In this document: positions 23,499 to 37,735 of the stretch, piece after piece | Layout of the letters: each line of letters opens with the position of its first letter | Position numbering within the stretch: position 1 is the stretch's first letter | Assembly (NCBI RefSeq): GCF_035594765.1 | Contig: NC_085844.1 | Span: 214,288,107 to 214,352,106 of the forward strand | Direction: 5' to 3' | Origin: Anolis carolinensis | Taxonomy: Eukaryota | Length of the DNA stretch: 64,000 bases | Notes under the pieces: generated by a model | Told to the model about the DNA's origin: nothing | Database searches by the model: none | Seen by the model: only the letters and a program-made list of their open reading frames with translations | Position numbers and translations under genes: made by a program

Positions 23499-24884
23499 CT
23501 AGCTGTGCCTGGCCACGTGTTGCTGCGGCTTATGGGAATAATTTCTTGGCCAGGTGGAATAGCAGTGAATAGCCTTGCAGCCTCAAAGCCTGGCTATTTT
23601 CTTCTTTTGGGAATCTTTGTTTGGTGAGCTGGAATGCAAAGGAATAGGCTTGCTGCTTGGAAGGCTGGGTACTTGCGTTCTAGGGGAATGTTTTTTTGAG
23701 CTGCTAGAATTGCAATGCATAGCCTCACTACTTCAAAACCTGGCTGCTTGCTACCTAGGGGAATCTTTGGTTGGTCAGATTCAATAGTACAGAGAAGTAT
23801 CGCTGCTTCAAAGCCTGGCCGCCTTCTACCAAGGTTAATCCTTTGTTGGTCTGGTTGAATTTCACTGAATAGCCTTGCAGCTTCAGTGCCTGGGTGTATA
23901 ATAGCTAGGGGAATTCTTGTTTGGTAAGCTGGAGTAGCACCCTCAATCAAAGAGCCACTTTGAAGCCTGGCTACTTGTTTTGTAGGGGAATCATTGTTTG
24001 GCCAGCTTGAATTGCACTGAATAATCTTGCTGCTTGCAAGCCTAGCCACTTTCTACTTTGTGGTTGCCCAGGTTGAATGGCAATTAATAGTCTCGGTGCG
24101 GCAAGTATGAATGCTGCAATTAGTCACCTTGATTAGCATTTAATGGCCTTGCAGCTTCAAAGCCTGGATACTTCCTGCCTGGGGGAATCCTTTATTGGGA
24201 GGTGTTAGCTGACCCTAGTTTTTTTTCCTGTCTGGAATTTCCCTGTTTTCAGAGTGTTGTTCTTTATTTACTGTCCTAATTTTAGAGATTATATTGTTCT
24301 GTATTATTATACTACAGTAATTATTATATATTATATTTATAAACTTCTATTATCTGCTTAGAACTGGATTATATGAGGCCCCTTCTACACAGCTGTATAA
24401 AATCCACACTGAACTGGGTTATATGGTAGTGTGGACTCAAAATAATCCAGTTCAAAGCAGATACTGTGGAATATGTGCCTTGGCATTCTGGGTTATATAG
24501 CTGTGTTGGAGGGACTTGAGTCTACACTGCCATATAATCCAGTTCATATCCAATAATCTGTATTTTATAGGCAGTGTGGATGAGGCCCAAGTACATTCTG
24601 CCTGTGCCCTGGGCACCATTTTGGCTGAGGGAATTGCTAGGATACGAAGTGGGCTGGGCCTAAAGGGGGCGGGGCCTACCTTTCTGAGCCGTTTCTAAAG
24701 GGGGAAAACAGCTCTTTCTCATCCTCTAATTTGGGCTTTATTTTTCTAGGTTTTTTTGTTTGAAAGACATAGACTGGATGACTATGTCTTTTGTGGCCAA
24801 ATTGGGTGTGATTTGGTTCAGTGGTTTTGTTGTTTTCTCCATAGTAAAATGGCACATTACATTTGTATATATATATATAGAAGA
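23499..24884 (-). mobile_element. Non-autonomous Helitron with internal ~70-80-bp tandem repeats
   Basis: A|CTAGCTGTGCCTGGCCACGTGTTGCTGCGGC at the left (3' end and hairpin on the minus strand) and ...TATATATAGA at the right. Repeated GAATAGCCTTGCAGCTTCAAAGCCTGG units at 23550-24200. Confidence 0.8.
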
Positions 24885-24919
24885 TTATTGGATTTATTTA
24901 TGCTTATAAGGTAACTATT

Positions 24920-25032
24920 TATTGCTGTGTTTGGATTTGTTTTTACTGTTGTATTTTTATATTGTTTGGGCATTGTCCCTTTGTAAGCCGCCCCGAGTCC
25001 CCTTGGGGAGATGGGGCAGGATATAAGAATAA

Positions 25033-25062
<30 letters not shown>
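24920..25062 (+). mobile_element. L2-type LINE 3' end with (TTA)n tail
   Basis: TGTAAGCCGCCCCGAGTCCCCTTGGGGAGATGGGGC...AATAAA(TTA)n; similar to 48860-49050. Confidence 0.7.
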
Positions 25063-25064
<2 letters not shown>

Positions 25065-25972
25065 GAAATACAATAAATTAACTAAATAGGCAAGAGAGGT
25101 GTGATTTCTAAAAGAGGGGGAAAACAAATGGAAGTAAGATTGGCCTAAATAGTAACAGAAAGCAAAAAAAAAAAAAAAAAAGACTTGCTACAGTGTAGCA
25201 GTTGGATAATTATTTGGGGATGGGAATACAGCGGATTGTTAATTGCTCCCAAACTATCTCCCAATTCAGAGAACTTTACGAATGAAAACCAGTCCAATCA
25301 ATAGAGAAGAAGTTATTTTTTAAAAACCCAATACACTGCTCCAGTTCCCAAGATTCCATGGGAGTAAAAGGGAACATATCTTTCAAGTCTAAAGGCCCTT
25401 CTGTTTTGAAGGGTTCCGGCTGCTAGATAGCCCTGGTTTCAAGACAAATCAGTCCCCTCCCCTTCCAAGACTTACTTTCCTCCTTCTTTTCCATTTTAAA
25501 AAAATTGTTGTTTCTTGAGCTCTTGACCGGATCCCCAAGAAGATCTTTCTCTTTCCCACTTGCCTAACAACAGTTATGTAATTTATTTCTTCCTTTCCTA
25601 ATCCTCCACTTTCTGAAGCAGCAGATGTTCCTATTTCACTGAATCTGAGAAAGGGAGAAGGTGCCCATCCTAGTGAATTCTAATGACCTATTTCACTAAA
25701 TGATATTTTTCATCCAGTGTTAATTGGAAAATCTAGTGAATTAGATGATACTACTAAAAGAAACCTACCAAAGGTATAACTTGATGAGTTAATTTGAAAG
25801 TTATTTTCTAATTTAAATGCATTAATCATCTTGAGCACCACTGTCGCTAAAAGGCAAGATATAGATATACACCACTTAGGAATTCAGATAGAAATTTTAT
25901 ATACTGTATGAATCTTGTGTAGTGCTTTTGCTTTGTTATCATAAACATTGTGTTTCAATTTTTTTTTTGCAG

Positions 25973-27287
25973 AGATACTCCTACTCGATGGCAGCCTTTA
26001 CCAGGCACTAAAGCAGCCATGCTGGTCAAAGTCAACAGTCTGAGACAAGTGAATTCTTCTTCAAGCAATTCACTTCAAATGCAGAGCAATGCAGAAACCA
26101 GCAGTCAGAAATCTCTGCTGCCAACACCAGTTGTATATGCCCAGCCTCAGTCTGTAGCACCAAGCGCATTGGCTCCAAAACTTACAGCTCCAGTTGAAAC
26201 AAAGCAGTCCATGCAAATTAAGAAGACAGAGAATGGTGGTTTTTGTCTAGTGTTAACTAATGGACTCCCTTCTCACCCTCCTTCAGGGAGTCAGACACGA
26301 ACACCACAGCCTGCATCTCCAAAGTATGCTTCACCAGCACCAATATATGATGAGCCATCAATTGACTCCCCAATTTATGATGAACCTCCTGTAGATATGG
26401 ACACTGGAAATGCAAATGTGAATGGGATAACACCACAAATGTCACCAAGCAATAGCTTAAAAAAGAAGCCCCAATCAATTAAATTATTACAGCATCCAAG
26501 TATGCAGCAACACCAAGCTGGGAAAAAACATGTGAGAAGCCCTTCTGCAACAGAATACAGCCCCGTCGGAAGAGAATATATTAAACATATGGTCAACATT
26601 GATCAATCATCCAAAAACACTCACTCTCCAGTGATGATCATTGAAAGCGTTGCTAAACCTCAGCTAGGGCAACTTATTTCCAGGGACAGCTTCAAGCAGT
26701 CTTGGAAAGTCTTAGAAGCAAATGTTCTCAAAAATATGGAGGCCCATCACTGTCGGCAGAACAGTCTTCAAGTGCAAGAATATCCTACAGTTATAAGTCA
26801 GCAAGATTCAGGTTACTCAACAGGACCTTCTCCAAGCCTGAGAAAGAGAAAAGGAAGACGGCAAGCTCCAGGCCAGGGAAGGCCCGGCTCTGTAGGCAGT
26901 AGCAGTGAACTCAGTGCTCTGAACGATAAGCTAATTGCAGAGATGCGGGCTGTGGTGAATAGGTCTGCTGCCTGCAGAGAGAGTAAAGGCAGCTTAGATG
27001 CTGAAATGCTGGAAAATGCTAGTTTGCCCGAGGTCAATAAAATTAAGTTTCAATCAGAACGCTTGAAAAAGTGTAACAGCAGGAGCTCAAGAGATGATGT
27101 GACTTCTAGTAACAGGTCCTTATACAGGCCTAGAATGGACAGTAGGGCAAGTGTCTCGAATGACCCAACCGTACAGCAAGATACTGTGAGGCAAAAGAGA
27201 ACCTATGAAAAAATAGATTCTTTAGAAAAGAACATGGCCAGTCAGACAAACCTGTCTTCATCAGACAGAGCACAAACGTCACCCCAG
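25973..27287 (+). CDS. ARHGAP39: ARHGAP39-like large central exon (low-complexity, twin YDEP motifs)
   Basis: Acceptor ttttgcag|A (phase 2, joins 6840) and donor CAG|gtatct. Motifs PIYDEPP, EYSPVGREY, LRKRKGRR and LEKNMASQTNLSS parallel ARHGAP39. Confidence 0.9.
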
Positions 27288-28356
27288 GTATCTATTTATC
27301 ATAATTAGATTGCTTTAGTAGAAAGAAAGATGTTCTAAGATGATAGAGATGGTTGAAGCTTCTGGAAATTGTTGGTTGATTTGTTCCAATGTCACAGAAC
27401 AATGATGGGATGGTTGTTGTGGTGGTAGTGGTAGTGGTGAGAACTGAATGAAAAAGATATTATTAATCAGGAGGTCAGTGTTACTCTGTTAGCATTATTT
27501 AGGAAAGAGTGTTTTTTATATAAATCCATGTAGCTGGGAGTAGATCTGACATCTTTCTAGATTACTGAAGGAGCCACCTCTCTTTGGGCATCAGAAACTC
27601 ATTGAGCTGGAGATAAATTGGTGGGCAGGGATGCTCAGTGAAACATACTGAATTCTTTTTAGATTTGAAACATTCCTACTACTTCTTTGTTCTTATCTTA
27701 TGTTGAGCCACCGTTGTCTGCTGCTTCCAAATTGTGCTTTTGTTCTGGGTTTATATCCTATCTCCAAATTCCTATGTTTTAAGGTTTGTGGTTTTCAGTG
27801 GTGTTTTTACACCAGAAGGATAGATTTCCATTCTTGCCCATCCCCCATCAATAAATGAAATAAACATGGATGTATGCTGTGCTACAGAAAGCAAGATGGA
27901 AAGTATTTTCTTAGTTGGTTGACCTTCCATATTGGCTGTAAGTTAAAGTCATTTGCCATTTTTAGCTTTGCACAGAGGCTATAGCTCCACATAAGCGAAG
28001 CAAAAGAAATAAAATTACCATTAATATGTTTATGTAGAATTCTCAGGTCACTCTTCAGTACCAAAATGAATACCCAAGAAAAACACTTTTAGAGGGAAAG
28101 TTGGAACTTCTGAGAACCTGTTAGAAATAAGAAGGGTAGATATGGGTTGAATTTTGCAGAGGGTGAAATCAGAAGTTTGGGAGTGGGGATTTAATGCATT
28201 GTTTAGATTAACAATGTTTTACATAAGAGATAAGGTTTCTAAGTCTGAAATAAGCAAAGCTTTCTGAAATGGTTTTACCCTTCCTTGGGGATGGATTAAT
28301 TGTTAGCTATTCTGCATCTGAAAAATGAACAGCCAAGATAATTTCTTCCCCTGTAA

Positions 28357-29109
<753 letters not shown>

Positions 29110-29719
29110 TAGTAAAAGTACTTTAGTTCAAGTGGTGAACTAAGTAGCAGAGGTCCAGTTTAACTAAATGAAAAGCCTTATATTTTTAACAAGTAGAAAT
29201 GTTCAGATTCTTCCTAAGAAACTATTATAAGGATTCTAAGGGTCATAGCAATAAGTATAAATAATTTCTATCACTCGTCTTTTTTTCTAGATCACAGCTA
29301 ACACATAACTGAGAAAATTGCTAAATCTGTTTTTATGTTGCTCTGTTTTCTGAATACACATTTGGGAAGTTGATGTCATATTGCTGAAAAGCTGAAAAAT
29401 CTCTTTTCTCCAAGTAAAATTGTGGAGAAAATGTATTGGGTCCTATTTCCCCCTCACCATGCACTGTGTGTTCTGAAAGCATTCTGTATTCTGAGGAAAA
29501 TAAATTGTTTTATAAAGGATAGAAGTAAGTAGAATGCTTTGTCAATCATTTAGAAAAGTAGATTCTTTTTTTTATCTCCATAGAGTGAGATTATAGGAGC
29601 CAAAGGATTAAATTCAGTGCGATCGTAGTGGAAGTGTGCTGTTCCCCTCCTCTGTTCCCAGCAGTCCATTATGTAACCTGAAAATCTAGGGTTTCATAGT
29701 CCACTTGAATAAATTGATG

Positions 29720-29851
29720 GCCTATTCAACCTGTAGCCCTCCAAGTGTTTTGTACTTCAGCTCCCAGAATTCCTGAGCATTGAACAAGCTGGTTAGGGCT
29801 TGTTGGAGTTGGAGACCCAAACACCTGGAGGGCCACCAATTGAAGAAGCCT
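29720..29851. mobile_element. Old hAT-type MITE
   Basis: Palindromic CCCTCCAAGTGTTTTG...CAAACACCTGGAGGG, related to the 60021 and 62511 copies. Confidence 0.55.
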
Positions 29852-30676
29852 TGCCTATAAGATTGTGGGGAGGGGGGAAATCAATTTGCTACCTGACTTT
29901 AAAGAGTTTACTTAAATTAACCAATTATTTGAATTAGAAAGTTGATAAAGAACACAAAGAAATTCATTCCAAGATTTCTTTACATATAGAGGTGTACTTT
30001 TGAAAGTGTGGGAATAAGTCAGTTTTGTTGTGATCTACACATTAAATGAATTCACACTAAGATTCACAGCATCTCTCTGTAGCTGAAGGATACCCTGACA
30101 ATTATAATTCATCTGTGAGCTTTTTCATCTACTATCTACATCCTAGGTTAGTATTAAAGAAATTGGTACAGATTTCATTATTTTGTAATTTTTCTTCCAA
30201 ATTCAGGAGGTTTTTTTACCATCAGTTATTAATTTTAACCTTGGAAAATCAATAATGAAGCTATTTTGGCTATCATTCTTTGACATAGCTTGTGATTCTC
30301 TCCATTTTTCTTACATGAGCCATAATCTTGGAAAATATTAAAGGCTGGGAATTCTAAATTTGTCAACTGAGGTTTAGTCAAAGAAATTGTATATGAAATA
30401 ATGTTTTACATTTTGAAACTTATTTCAATTTAATTGATTTAGTATTCAGCTTGCTCCTCAAACCCATGTTGCTGAGCTTGATGATTTCTGACAAAAGAGC
30501 AAAAACAGTGTAGCACAAACCTTTTGTCAGGAAGTACACAGAGCTGATTTTGTGATGAGTAAATTCAGTAAACACAGGCCCTTGCTCTGTCATGGCTCAC
30601 CATGTAAAGGTGGAATTGATCAGACACCATTTTATGTTTTTGCCATCACTCAATCAATGATGCTTTGAATTTTCAG

Positions 30677-30766
30677 TTACACACCGCATTAAAGAGCTTC
30701 TGGATCTGAAAAACAAAAAGAACTCAAAATCCAGGAAAAAGAGGAAGCAAAACACAGAGGATGAAG
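30677..30766 (+). CDS. ARHGAP39: ARHGAP39-like 90-nt basic exon (phase 1-1)
   Basis: tttcag|TT acceptor and G|gtaaaa donor. ITHRIKELLDLKNKKNSKSRKKRKQNTEDEG is comparable to ARHGAP39 VTQHIKELLERNTKKKSKLRKK. Absent from the ORF track. Confidence 0.88.
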
Positions 30767-31559
30767 GTAAAAACACCCTGGACTATGAGGAGGGCTAATG
30801 ATGAGACACAGTTATATATGTCTGTGTGTACTGTAAATTTCAGGTATAGTTGTATGTGTTTTATTGTAGAAAAATCAAATCCAGGGCTTCTGCAAGCACC
30901 AACATTTCAGGAATGGAGAGAAATGCAAAATTGCTGCTGGTAAAATTTGTTTAAAGTCTGATTTATTTAAGTTGAACATATTTCCAAATAAACATGTGTG
31001 CAGTTGCAACCTTGTTGAAACAATCTGTATTCCTTCATCCTGATGGCATTAGTTAATCATTGGCTCTTAACCACAGAGAAGTCCAGCGGAAGAATTAATT
31101 GGGTCATATGCTTTATTTCTCCTCTGTGTTTAGAGTAGGGAGCTTCTTCACCCTCCTTTTGGAGCTTGATCAATCTGAATTAATTATGTAGGTGATACTA
31201 ATTCAAAAACGACTAAGAAGATTTACTTTACCACCTTACTTAACTCTAGACGAGCAGCTTTTCCCGCTGGACCCTTCATTTTCTTTTAAATGAATTGAAT
31301 TGAATTCTATTCATATAATGTTTTAGAACTTAAAGACTCTATAGAAGTCCTTTCAGATGGCTTTGCGTCTCAGTATGTTATCTGGGTACTGAGTGTAATA
31401 ATATTGTTGTATGTATATAGACTGAGTTGCTCCTGCTTCTGTTTGTCTCTCTTAATTTAAAAAAAAGATATTTGTCTGTATCTGATGAAAGTAACCCCAA
31501 AAAAGTCACAAGTCAGAAAGTCTTAATGACTTTCTCAATGGTAATAAAAATACAATAAA

Positions 31560-32600
31560 ACCTTGCTGGATCAGCCCAGCAGTTTATTCCTACAGCCGCC
31601 ATTCAGCACGCTCACAGGCAGTAAGTGAAGCGAAAAGGCCTATCACAATATTGTCTCCCAACAGCTGATGTTTTGATGTTCTGAAGTATGATGCTTTTGA
31701 TCCTAGAAGTAGTATATAGCTATTGTGACTAATAGGCACTAATACATAACTGTTATTCTCCATGTATTTGCTAAACTCTCTTTTAAAACCAAGTAGGCAG
31801 TCATCACAGCTTACGGTTGAGAGTTCCTCCATTTAACTCTGTTTTCTTCTGTTTATCTTAAATCTCTATCTTTTAATCCACATAATTGGTTCTGATATTT
31901 CCAGATTCTAGGATTATCAACAGAATGAAAATTTTCTCTCTCTTTCTCCATATCATACATAATTCTATACTTTTCTGTCATGTTTCTCTATTCTCCCCTT
32001 GCCATTTTAATAGGTTCGGAGGTCCTTTTTTCATAGGCAAGTTACTCCAGTTCTCTATTCCTTTTGCTAGTCCTTTTCTATGTCATTTATATCTCTATAA
32101 TGGCCTTTTTGAGATGAAGCCCTCTAAAACCATGGTTGCACAATTGATTTATATATAACTTTATAATACTGGCAGTTGTATTTTCAGTTCTTGTGATACC
32201 TACTCACACTTTTCACAGCATACTCATATCACCTAAGTGACTTCCAGTGTATTTCCTGTTTTTAAAAATATGCTTCTCCTGGACCTTAAACGGGGGCAAA
32301 ATTGTGAAATAACCCCCTCTTCTATGAAGAGCATTTTGATTTTTTAGAAATTTTGTGGGGAGGCTAGGAGTCCTCAAAAATGGCTTCATGTAGTCCAATT
32401 TCTGTTTTACACTTAGGTTTGCCATTTGCCATTTAGGGGGAATCAATTTGGAACACGGCCCAATTCTTCTTATTGTAATCATACTGAAATAATTTTGTGT
32501 CCCCCGGAACTTGGCTGCCTTGTTTTTAATAATACCCAGTCTACTTCAGCCTTCTTCACTCTTGCTTTTGTATGAAGACCCTGTTTCTGGAAGTGCAGTA
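31560..32600 (-). mobile_element. Ancient degraded CR1-like LINE remnant
   Basis: CCTTGCTGGATCAG 3'-end motif and scattered CR1-like RT segments; no ORF. Confidence 0.4.
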
Positions 32601-32696
32601 GAATAGAAAGTTCTTACAACATGGAATTCCTAATCTAATTGAAAATTTTGTTTATGTTTCCTTAATGCCATCAAAAAACACTATGGCAACAAAAGT

Positions 32697-35600
32697 CATA
32701 GAATCATAGAATAGTAGAGTTGGAAGAGACCTCATGGGCCATCCAGTCCAACCCCCTGCCAAGAAGCAGGAAATTGCATTCAAAGCACCCCCGACAGATG
32801 GCCATCCAGCCTCTGTTTCAAAACCTCCAAAGAAGGAGCCTCCACCACAGTCTGGGGGAGAGAGTTCCACTGCCAAACAGCTCTCACAGTCAGGAAGTTC
32901 TTCCTGATGTTCAGGTGGAATCTCCTTTCCTGTAGTTTGAAGCCATTGTTCCGCGTCCTAGTCTGCAGGGCAGCAGAAAACAAGCTTGCTCCCTCCTCTC
33001 TATGACTTCCCCTCACATATTTGTACATGGCTATCATGTCTCCTCTTAGCCTTCTCTTCTGCAGGCTAAACATGCCCAGTTCTTTAAGCCTCTCCTCATA
33101 GGGCTTGTTCTCCAGACCTTTGATCATTTTAGTTGCCCTCCTCTGGACACATTCCAGCTTGTCAACATCTCCCTTCAACGGCGGTGCCCAGAATTGGACA
33201 CAGTATTCCAGGTGTGGTCTGACCAAGGCAGAATAGAGGGGAAGCATGACTTCCCTGGATCTAGATGCTATACCCCTATTGATGCAGGCTAAAATCCCAT
33301 TGGCTTTGTTAGCAGCCGCATCACATTGCTGGCTCATGTTTAACTTGTTGTCCACAAGGACTCCAAGATCTTTTTCACATGTACTGCTGTCTAGCCAGGC
33401 GTCCCCCATTCTGTATCTTTGCATTCCATTTTTTCTGCCGAAATGAAGTATCTTGCATTTATCCCTGTTGAACTTCATTTTGTTAGTTTCGGCCCATCTC
33501 TCTAGTCTGTCAAGATCGTTTTGAATTCTGCTCCTGTCTTCTGGAGTGTTGGCTATCCCTCCCAGTTTGGTGTCATCTGCAAACTTGATGATCGTGCCTT
33601 CTAACCCTTCGTCTAAGTCATTAATAAAGATGTTAAACAGAACCGGGGGCAAGACGGAACCCTGCGGCACTCCACTAGTGACTTCTTTCCAAGATGAAGA
33701 CAACGCATTGGTGAGCACCCTTTGGGTTCGTTTGCTCAGCCAATTACAGATCCAACTAACCGTAGTTTTGCCTAGCCCACATCTTACTAGTTTGTTTGCC
33801 AGAAAGTCGTGAGGGACTTTGTCGAAGGCCTTACTGAAATCTAGGTACGCTACATCCACGGCATTCCCTGTATCGACCCAACTCGTAACTCTATCGAAAA
33901 AAGAGATCAGATTAGTCTGGCATGACTTGTTTTTGGTAAATCCGTGTTGACTATTAGCAATGACTGCATTTGTTTCTAAGTGTTTTCAGACCACTTCCTT
34001 AATGATCTTTTCCAGAATCTTGCCTGGTATCGACATGAGGCTGACCGGATGGTAATTGTTTGGGTTGTTCTTTTTTCCCTTCTTGAAGATAGGGACCACA
34101 TTTGCCCTCCTCCAATCTTCTGGGACTTCTCCTGTTCTCCAAGAACTCTCTAAGATAATTGTCAGTGGTTCTGAAATAACCTCAGCTAGTTCCTTCAATA
34201 CTCTTGGATGTAGCTGATCTGGCCCTGGAGACTTGAATTCGTTTAGAGCGGCCAGGTGTTCCTGGACAACTTATCTCCCTATTTGGGGTTGGATTTCCCC
34301 GAATCCTTCATCCATTTCATGTTGCTGAGGTTGAAGATGGCTTTCTTTTTGTGAGAAGACCGAGGTAAAGAAGGCATTGAGCAGTTCTGCCTTTTCCCTG
34401 TCCCCTGTCGCCATCACCCCATCTTCTCCTTGCAGAGGCCCTATCGCCTCCTTGTTCTTCCTTTTTCTACCAACGTAAGCAAAAAAGCCTCTTTTTTTGT
34501 TTTTAATGTCCCTGGCAAGCCTGAGCTCATTTTGCGCTTTAGCCTTGCGAACATTTTCCCTACAGGAGTTGGCTATACGTTTGAATTCTTCTTTGGTGAT
34601 TTCTCCCCTTTTCCACTTCTTGTGCATGTCTCTTTTGAGTTTTAGCCCGGTTAGAAGTTCTTTGGACATCCATTCTGGCCTCTTTGCACTTGTCATATTT
34701 TTTTTCTTTGTTGGCACTGTTTGCATTTGCGCCTTGAGTATTTCACTTTTAAAAAACTCCCATCCATCCTTAACTCCCTTGTCTTTTAATATTGGCGTCC
34801 ATGGAATGCCGCTCAGTATTTCCTTCATTTTTTGGAAGTCAGCTCTCTTAAAGTCCAGAATGCGTGTTTGACTTGTATTAGTTTCAGCCTTCCTTTGTAT
34901 GGCAAACTGCAGGAGCACATGGTCACTTGCCGCTAAGGATCCAACGACTTCTACTGTATTGATCAGGTCTTCCACATTTGTTAAGATTAGATCAAGAGTT
35001 GCTGATCTCCTTGTTGCCTCTTCTACCTTCTGGACCATAAAATTGTCTGCAAGGCAAGTGAGGAATTTGTTGGACTTTGTGCTCTTGGCCGAGTTTGTTT
35101 TCCAGCAGACATCAGAATAGTTGAAGTCGCCCATGACTACTATATCTCTTCTTTGTGCCTGTTTGGCCAGCTGTTGACAGAAGGCTTCATCAAGGCCTTC
35201 ATCCTGGTTTGGAGATCTGTAGTAGACGCCCACGACGAGATCTTTTTGAGTCCTGGTTCCCTTGATTCTTATCCAGATGCTTTCAAGCTGGTTTCCCGGA
35301 TTACAGTCTTGCATTTCTTCTGCAATGTAACTGTTTTTGACATATAAAGCTACTCCCCCTCCTCTCCCCTTGGTTCTACTTTTGTGAAAGAGTTTATAGC
35401 CCTCAATGGCTACATTCCAGTGATGGGAGTCATCCCACCAGGTTTCAGTGATGCCTATGACGTCGTACGTGTGGTGCTGTGCTAAAAGTTGGAGTTCGTC
35501 TTGCTTATTTCCCATGCTCTGTACATTAGTATAAAGACATGTAAGCCCCTGTGACCTTTCCCCGAGCTGTTTATTTAGGATTATTGTGCTCTCGGTACTT

Positions 35601-36600
35601 GGTCCTTGCTGTGTTTGTGCAGCCCTCCGTTTAGGCTTTTGGCGGTTCCCTGTGGTTGTGGGTAATACAGTGTTTGCCAGGCTGTTGTTCCCCTCCCCCA
35701 GTGGATCTAGTTTAAAGTGCGCCTGATGAGGTTTGTGAGTCTGTGTGCAAAAAGATGTTTTCCTACTTGTGTGAGATGCACCCCATCACTTGCTAGTAGG
35801 CCATCCTCCTGGAAGAGTAGACCATGGTCAAGGAAGCCAAAATGCTCCTCTTGACACCATTTTCTGAGCCAGTTATTGACCTGTACTATTTTTCCGGCCC
35901 TTGTAGAGCCGTGTCCTACAACGGGGAGGAGGGATGAAAAGATCACATGTACATTATACAGTTTTAGCTTTGTTCCCAGATCTCGAAAATCATTTGTGAT
36001 CTTTTGAAAAGTATGCCTAGCGGTGTCATTGGTTCCTACATGAATCAACATAAGGTGGGGAGGGTGATGGGGCTTTAGGAGCCTGCTGAGCCTCTAAATG
36101 ATATGGTGTATTTTTGCCCCTGGGAGGCAGCATATTTCTCGAGCCATCCCATCTGGTCTGGAAATGATGGCTTCCGTTCCTCTAAGGAGGGAGTCACCTA
36201 CTACCAAGACCTGTTTCCTTTGAGGATTGATAAGGTCCCTTTTGTGCAAGACAGTGTGTATGTCCCCTGAAGAGTGTTCCTGTTGAAGTAAATCAGGTAG
36301 GTAGTAAAGTGTTGTCCTCCTCTTCAATATCCCCAGTGCATTCATCAATGACAATCCATTGAGATGCGTCTGAGAGCCCATCACTCTCCCAAGGATGTTC
36401 CTGTTGCTCCTGGTCTACGATTGGGGATGGAGCATTTGCATGATTACATAAGTGTGAATGTGGTGATGCACTGTCCCCGTCAGGGCTATCCCCTGCGCAT
36501 TGATCAAGGGTGGCCCACTGAGTGGTATCTAAGTAACTGTGGTCCTCCACAAGATGTGTTTCCTGATTGTATGTTAGTGGTGTAAGAATTCTGAATCTGT
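32697..36600 (-). mobile_element. Near full-length CR1 LINE: ORF1 esterase part, and ORF2 EN+RT with two premature stops
   Basis: (ATTCTATG)n tail at 32697. RT 32780-33859 (YLDFSKAFD, GVPQGSVL, KFADD). Endonuclease 34271-35515 (GITETWW, MGDFN, SDH). SGNH esterase 35707-36384 (GDSLLR, GTND, DGVH). In-frame stops at ~34271 and ~33986. 5'-truncated. Confidence 0.95.
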
Positions 36601-37735
36601 CATGCTGAAATAAATTGGATTTCAATTAGAAAATAAATTATTTAGGAGGCTGGCCTTTGATTTCCAACATGGAATAAAAATTCATTAATAAGAATCAGTT
36701 GATATGATACCAGACAATTAGTTGAATCCGTAATATTTCCAGAGTAAGATGTTCATGTCCTGAGATACTAATCACACCATGGCCTTTTTGGTGATGCTGA
36801 TTTGCCAGTCTCCATCAGCTGTACTTCACATTTGTCAGACACACAATCTATGTATGATGTATCAGCAAATAGAAAGTATTTTCAGTGGCAAAGCATTAGG
36901 GTTTTTTTTTAAGTGTTTCCCATTCTTAATCCCATCAGTGAAATAAACTCTTGAGCAATAATGCCTCTGGCAGTAAAATTCAATTAGTAATATGGGGCAT
37001 TCTGGCTGGCAAATGCTTATATGCTATTGCAGAGCGCAGCAGGGAAGTACAATATTGAAAGTTATTTCACTGAGGAACAATTATCTAAGGAAATTAATAG
37101 GTCACCATTATATGTAGAAATCACAGCAGAAGCTGATGCTATATTAAAGGTCTGCATTGTGTTGCCACATAATGTAGGGCAGAAACTGTTATCTGTTCAC
37201 GGTGTTTTCGTTTATCTTTTAAATTAGAGAAATTTGTGATAAAAAGGGACTATAAAATTTTGAAACAACTACCTCGCCATCCAAATATTAAAACAAATGT
37301 GTCACAGAATGGAAATCACAGTGGGAAAGGTTGTCTTTCTCAAACAGATGAGGATTTCTAATTCAATTTTGCTTTGAAAACAACAACAAAAGAAATACAG
37401 ATAATGGTATAGATTTTTGGGGTAGATAGTGATGTTTATAAGCAAAGAAAATACACTATCACTGCAACATATTTGATAGTTGGTAGAAAAAAGTACTTTG
37501 AGTGCTTGGCTGACAAAAGTTTTATAAAGAGATACAATGTTTACTATAAGTATGTGTTACTTGCACAGTAAAACAGTAACAGACTTTGCTTAACATTTAT
37601 TTTCCTGAGTGGGGGAGTTTGAGTGTCAGTTATAGAAAATCTTAAGAAATGTGTGTAGTGCAACCATGTTCTCCTCTCTGAAATTTTCCAGTGCCATTCT
37701 GAGGTTGTTTACATTTATTCATTTCTGTCTACTAG

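Noticed and set aside
23550-24200. Regularly spaced repeats resembling a CRISPR array
   Set aside because: Eukaryotic context, degenerate tandem units without unique spacers, no cas genes; they are Helitron-internal repeats.
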